Of a stretch of 64,000 bases of DNA, positions 60,225 through 64,000 are shown piece by piece; the stretch's first letter is position 1, and the number at the start of each line of letters is the position of its first letter. The notes under the pieces are model-generated. The model was not told where the DNA came from. It saw only the letters and a list, made by a program, of their open reading frames with translations, and did not search any database. This stretch comes from an uncultured Alphaproteobacteria bacterium (GTDB taxonomy: Bacteria; Pseudomonadota; Alphaproteobacteria; 43-37; CAWALT01). The DNA lies in the NCBI GenBank assembly GCA_963782975.1, contig CAWALT010000002.1, positions 266,533 through 330,532 of the forward strand, written 5' to 3'. The translations under genes and the position numbers were made by a program.

Positions 60225-62230
60225 TTTGAACCTCTTATTAGTTTTTGGACTTTTAAACAAATATTGGCAGTCGTTAAGCCAAAATGTTGATAGAGAACTT
60301 TTTCAGGCCCAGAGGCACCAAAAGTCTCAATCCCCATGAAATGATCAGCGCTGGTAGCTATGGCCTCCCAGCCTTGTCGTATCCCTGCCTCAATGACAAA
60401 ACAATGAGGGACTGCCCTTAGTAATGATTCTTGATACGCTTTTGATTGTTGATAAAATAGTTCAAGGCACGGCATAGAAACGACATGCGAATTGATTCCT
60501 GCCTTTTCTAATGCCTGCGCAGCATCGAGAGCAAGAGATACTTCTGAACCGGTGGCAACAAAAGTGAGAAGAGGGTCTTTTTTCTCTGAAAAATGAACAA
60601 AGTAACCCCCTTTGGCACAACGGTTATCTTCTTCACTTGTCCGGTGTATAAAGGGAAGTTTTTGCCTTGATAAAGCAAGAATAGAAGGGGCTTGTAACTG
60701 TAAAGCGATCTCCCAACATTCCATAGTTTCAATTATATCCGCCGGCCGAAAGACGTGCAAATGAGGAATAGCGCGTAAAGAAGCTAAATGCTCCACTGGT
60801 TGGTGCGTCGGGCCATCTTCCCCAAGTCCAATCGAATCATGGGTCATTACATAAATGACTCGCTGCTCCATTAAGGCTGATAATCGAATGGACGGGCGAC
60901 AATAATCGCTAAAGGCAAGAAAGGTCCCCCCATAAGGTAGGAAGCCGCCGTAGAGAGCAAGCCCATTCATTATAGCCGCCATACCATGTTCTCGAACACC
61001 ATAATGAAGATAAACAGCGCCATAAGGAAGATCTTTCTGTCCCGAAAATACGTTATGTGCATCGGTTTTTGTATTGTTTGAGGGTGTAAGGTCTGCAGAG
61101 CCACCTACAAGTTCAGGCAGAGCAGGCGTAATGGCTTGTAAAAAGGCCTGGGAGGCGGACCGCGTTGCGAGAGACGGTTTCTCTTGAAGAGCTTTCCTTT
61201 TCTCTTGTTGTACGATGAGCGGCCATTCTTCGGGTAGTCTTTGGGCCAAGCGTCGATCAAACTCTTGTTTCTTCTCCTTTTGGAGACCTGTATATATTCC
61301 TTCCCATGCCTCATAAGTTGCTACGTTCTGTTGGCCTATCATGCGCCATGCTTTTAAGATAGGCTCGGGGACATGAAAAGGATCGGCGTGCCAGCCAAGT
61401 GCTTTTCTTGTGCTGGCTACTTCCTCAGCGCCGAGAGGAGCACCATGAGCGTGCGCGGTTCCCTCTTTGGTTGGAGCACCGTATCCTATGCGTGTTTGGC
61501 AGGCGATGAGAGAGGGTTGAAGAGTAGAGCGGGCAGTGCTAAGAGCTTTAAAAATAGCTTCGATGTTATGGCCGTCAACTCGATGAACATCCCAGTTTGA
61601 CGCTTTAAAACGTGCAAGCTGATCATCTGACGTGGCTAAGCTCGTTGGGCCATCAATCGAAATATTATTGTCATCAAATAACACAATAAGCTTAGAAAGC
61701 TTAAGGTGCCCAGCAAGAGAGATAACTTCTTGTGAGAGCCCTTCCATTAAGCATCCATCGCTTGCGATGACGTACGTAAAATGGTCAATAAGATCGGCGC
61801 TAAATTGTTGCCGCAAGATAGCTTCTCCAATAGCCATGCCGACGGCGTTGCCTAACCCCTGTCCTAAAGGTCCCGTCGTTGTCTCGATTCCTCGAACAAG
61901 CCCATATTCCGGGTGCCCTGCTGCCCGGCTTTGATGTTGCCGGAAGGTCTTTATATCTTCGAGGGTCATATCCTCATAGCCTGTTAAATAAAGCAAACTA
62001 TATAAAAGCATGGAGCCATGCCCAGCAGAGAGAACAAATCGATCCCGATTGGGCCATTGGGGATGCTGGGGATGAAAGCGTAAGAAATGCGCATATAGAA
62101 CTGTGGCGACATCCGCCATACCCATGGGCATACCTGGATGTCCAGATTGCGCTTTCTCCACAGCATCGATGCTAAGAAAGCGAATTGCATTTGCCAAAGA
62201 GCGTAAGTCGGCTTCATGTATGTTGCGCAT
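60221..62230 (-). CDS. tkt: Transketolase
   Basis: SGHPG, GPLGQG, DGCLMEG, THDSIGLGEDGPTHQP. Confidence 0.98.
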   Translation of the reverse strand: MRNIHEADLRSLANAIRFLSIDAVEKAQSGHPGMPMGMADVATVLYAHFLRFHPQHPQWPNRDRFVLSAGHGSMLLYSLLYLTGYEDMTLEDIKTFRQHQSRAAGHPEYGLVRGIETTTGPLGQGLGNAVGMAIGEAILRQQFSADLIDHFTYVIASDGCLMEGLSQEVISLAGHLKLSKLIVLFDDNNISIDGPTSLATSDDQLARFKASNWDVHRVDGHNIEAIFKALSTARSTLQPSLIACQTRIGYGAPTKEGTAHAHGAPLGAEEVASTRKALGWHADPFHVPEPILKAWRMIGQQNVATYEAWEGIYTGLQKEKKQEFDRRLAQRLPEEWPLIVQQEKRKALQEKPSLATRSASQAFLQAITPALPELVGGSADLTPSNNTKTDAHNVFSGQKDLPYGAVYLHYGVREHGMAAIMNGLALYGGFLPYGGTFLAFSDYCRPSIRLSALMEQRVIYVMTHDSIGLGEDGPTHQPVEHLASLRAIPHLHVFRPADIIETMECWEIALQLQAPSILALSRQKLPFIHRTSEEDNRCAKGGYFVHFSEKKDPLLTFVATGSEVSLALDAAQALEKAGINSHVVSMPCLELFYQQSKAYQESLLRAVPHCFVIEAGIRQGWEAIATSADHFMGIETFGASGPEKVLYQHFGLTTANICLKVQKLIRGSK

Positions 62231-62420
62231 TAGAATTAAAGCTCTTCCCTTAAAGATGTTCTTGTCTGTCTTGCCCTATGCCATCATTTTTTTATTCGAG
62301 ATATTCATAACTTACGGTGCGGGATCTTATTTGTCAAAGCTCCTTTTTGGGAAGATAAACGAAAAAATTTAGAGAGGAAACCTTGCAAAAGAAATTTGTT
62401 CGGAGATATACTTATAAATG

Positions 62421-62573
62421 GGTGAGGCTGTAAAGTGCGTCAGGTTAAAGTGTTCCGGGGCCAATGTCATATAAAAGGGAGCTGTCACTGCGGAAGTCTT
62501 GGCTTTCGTATATGGTGCCCACCTGCTGAGAGCAGGCCACATGAGCATTAATCAACGGCTTTGACAGTCCACC
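62421..62573 (+). ncRNA. ssrS: 6S RNA
   Basis: Ends pair (GGTG.GCTGT.AAAG / CTTT.ACAGT.CACC); alphaproteobacterial 6S motifs CCGGGGCC, AAGGGAGCTGTC, TATGGTGCCCACCT; divergent from tkt. Confidence 0.82.
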
Positions 62574-62753
62574 TTCTTCTCCGCAATTTTAAATAGTATT
62601 TTTGAGAAGATAAAATAAAAAAGTCTTTAAGGAATATAGTTATCTTCTTGCCTTGTGGTTCCTTCAATTTCTTTTACACCTCCTCAATTTAAAGCATAGC
62701 TTGATCTTAAGATCCAGATAACTTACTTCACTTTATAGACGGCATTACTTCTC

Positions 62754-62770
62754 GTTAACAAAATGTTAAC
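62754..62770. promoter_or_regulatory. CtrA binding site
   Basis: GTTAA-caaaatg-TTAAC, matching the TTAA-N7-TTAAC consensus on both strands. Confidence 0.65.
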
Positions 62771-62845
62771 CATTAATACTTGATAATCATAATAAAATAA
62801 AGTTAAAAAATAAAAAGACATGAATATTTTAAATAAGAAGGAGTA

Positions 62846-63931
62846 ATGAGGATGGAAATGGATAGGAGGGCTTTAGGGGCGTTTTTTGTCTTGCCCTTTT
62901 TTTTATATGGATGCTTTTTGACCAAGGCGTCAAAAGCACGAACGGTTTCTATTTTGTCTATCGAAGCACAAGGCGTTGAAAATATTATTCCTTTCATCCT
63001 GCTGGAGGAGATTGAAAAAAAGACAGGCAAGCCCGTGTTGGAATTGTTTGATATTATTTCCTCTACCTCGACCAGCAGTATGGCAGCGCTAGGGCTAGCA
63101 AGTGGTAAGAATAAAATAACGGCTAGCTCATTAAAGAATTTTTACAGAGAAGAAAGCAAAAAAATCTACTCGAGCACATTATGGGATAAGTTCTTATATG
63201 CTATTGGCTATAATAAGACCAAGTACCAAGACGATCAGCTTAAAAAAAGTATGGCCGAATTGCTTGGTGACGAAGAGCTAAAGGAAGCTAAGACCAATGT
63301 GGTTATTGCTGCTTTCAATTTGGACTTTCAGGAACCTTATATTTTTCGAAGCGATAAGGCGAAAAGAGATGCGGACAAAAACTATTATATAAAGGATGTG
63401 GCGGCGGCAGCCTCGGCTCTTCCTGGGTTGTTTGAGCCCCAAACTTTGAAATCCCTGGGAATTGAGGCGCATTCCTTAAACGACCATGTGACGTTTCTTA
63501 ATCCGACGGTTCTTGCGCTCGATGTAGCCCAGGAAATCTATCACGATATCGATCGTTACATCATTGTGGATCTTAGTGTAAGCCGCACTAGCCTTGATAA
63601 TGAGATTTTTAAAAAGGATGGAATGGTGGATGCCACGAAAATAAGGAACTTCCAACGGCAGACTGCCCATGATGAGTTCGTCAGAAAGCTCCCTAAAATC
63701 GGGGGGAAAAAACAGTATTTTTCTTTTTCTGCGCAGCTTCCTGAATTTAGGTATGCAGTGGACGATACGTCCCCCTATGCCTTGGAGCACTTACAAGCGG
63801 TGGGGGAGAGACTCACTCAGGTGAAAAAGAAGCAAGATTTTATAGATGTGACGGGCGTGTTAGTTGAGTATTACAACAGTAAAAACATTTCGACAAATTC
63901 GCCGGAGGAAGAGGTGCACGGCAAATTGTAA
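62846..63931 (+). CDS. Secreted patatin-like protein with degenerate active site
   Basis: ILSI..I..L.EIEKKTGKP..ELFD.I.STST, KY....L, A.SA.P..F; signal peptide. Confidence 0.85.
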   Translation: MRMEMDRRALGAFFVLPFFLYGCFLTKASKARTVSILSIEAQGVENIIPFILLEEIEKKTGKPVLELFDIISSTSTSSMAALGLASGKNKITASSLKNFYREESKKIYSSTLWDKFLYAIGYNKTKYQDDQLKKSMAELLGDEELKEAKTNVVIAAFNLDFQEPYIFRSDKAKRDADKNYYIKDVAAAASALPGLFEPQTLKSLGIEAHSLNDHVTFLNPTVLALDVAQEIYHDIDRYIIVDLSVSRTSLDNEIFKKDGMVDATKIRNFQRQTAHDEFVRKLPKIGGKKQYFSFSAQLPEFRYAVDDTSPYALEHLQAVGERLTQVKKKQDFIDVTGVLVEYYNSKNISTNSPEEEVHGKL

Positions 63932-64000
63932 AGTAGATATTGGGTTCTTTTACTAGAAATAAGCAGAGTCTAAAGGTTTTTGTTAAGGCGGGGCGTTTTG

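Overview
Chromosomal window from an alphaproteobacterium that looks host-associated (Holosporales/Rickettsiales-like). This is inferred from gene content and order, decayed spacers, and Rickettsia-type genes. The housekeeping backbone comprises hslUV, rsmI/yraN/lpoA, trpS, ispB, glyQS-ppdK, tsaB, nfuA, coxC-surf1, serC, tkt-gap, three tRNAs and a 6S RNA. Four accessory blocks interrupt it. (1) 13.5-21.6 kb: seven co-oriented, mostly separately terminated genes for signal-peptide-bearing, mostly low-complexity proteins, including a 5x37-aa His-rich repeat and a 7x15-aa SPWGMNHPG repeat. (2) 23.8-31.4 kb: ialB-like gene, Rickettsia-type protein-lysine methyltransferase, hydrolase lipoprotein and a large autotransporter. 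(3) 31.8-32.6 kb: a dead IS5 element. (4) 50.3-57.6 kb: a polymorphic toxin/immunity locus of unusual architecture. Its toxins have a Sec leader, an optional trypsin-like protease, a shared ~170-aa linker ending in RLFK, and interchangeable tips (one colicin E3-like RNase). They are interleaved with duplicated immunity genes and remnants of further tips. Also present: apparently catalytically dead PurC and patatin homologues, an orphan PAAR gene and a candidate secreted CheD/CNF1-like deamidase. All family assignments are by motif recognition; no database searches were run.
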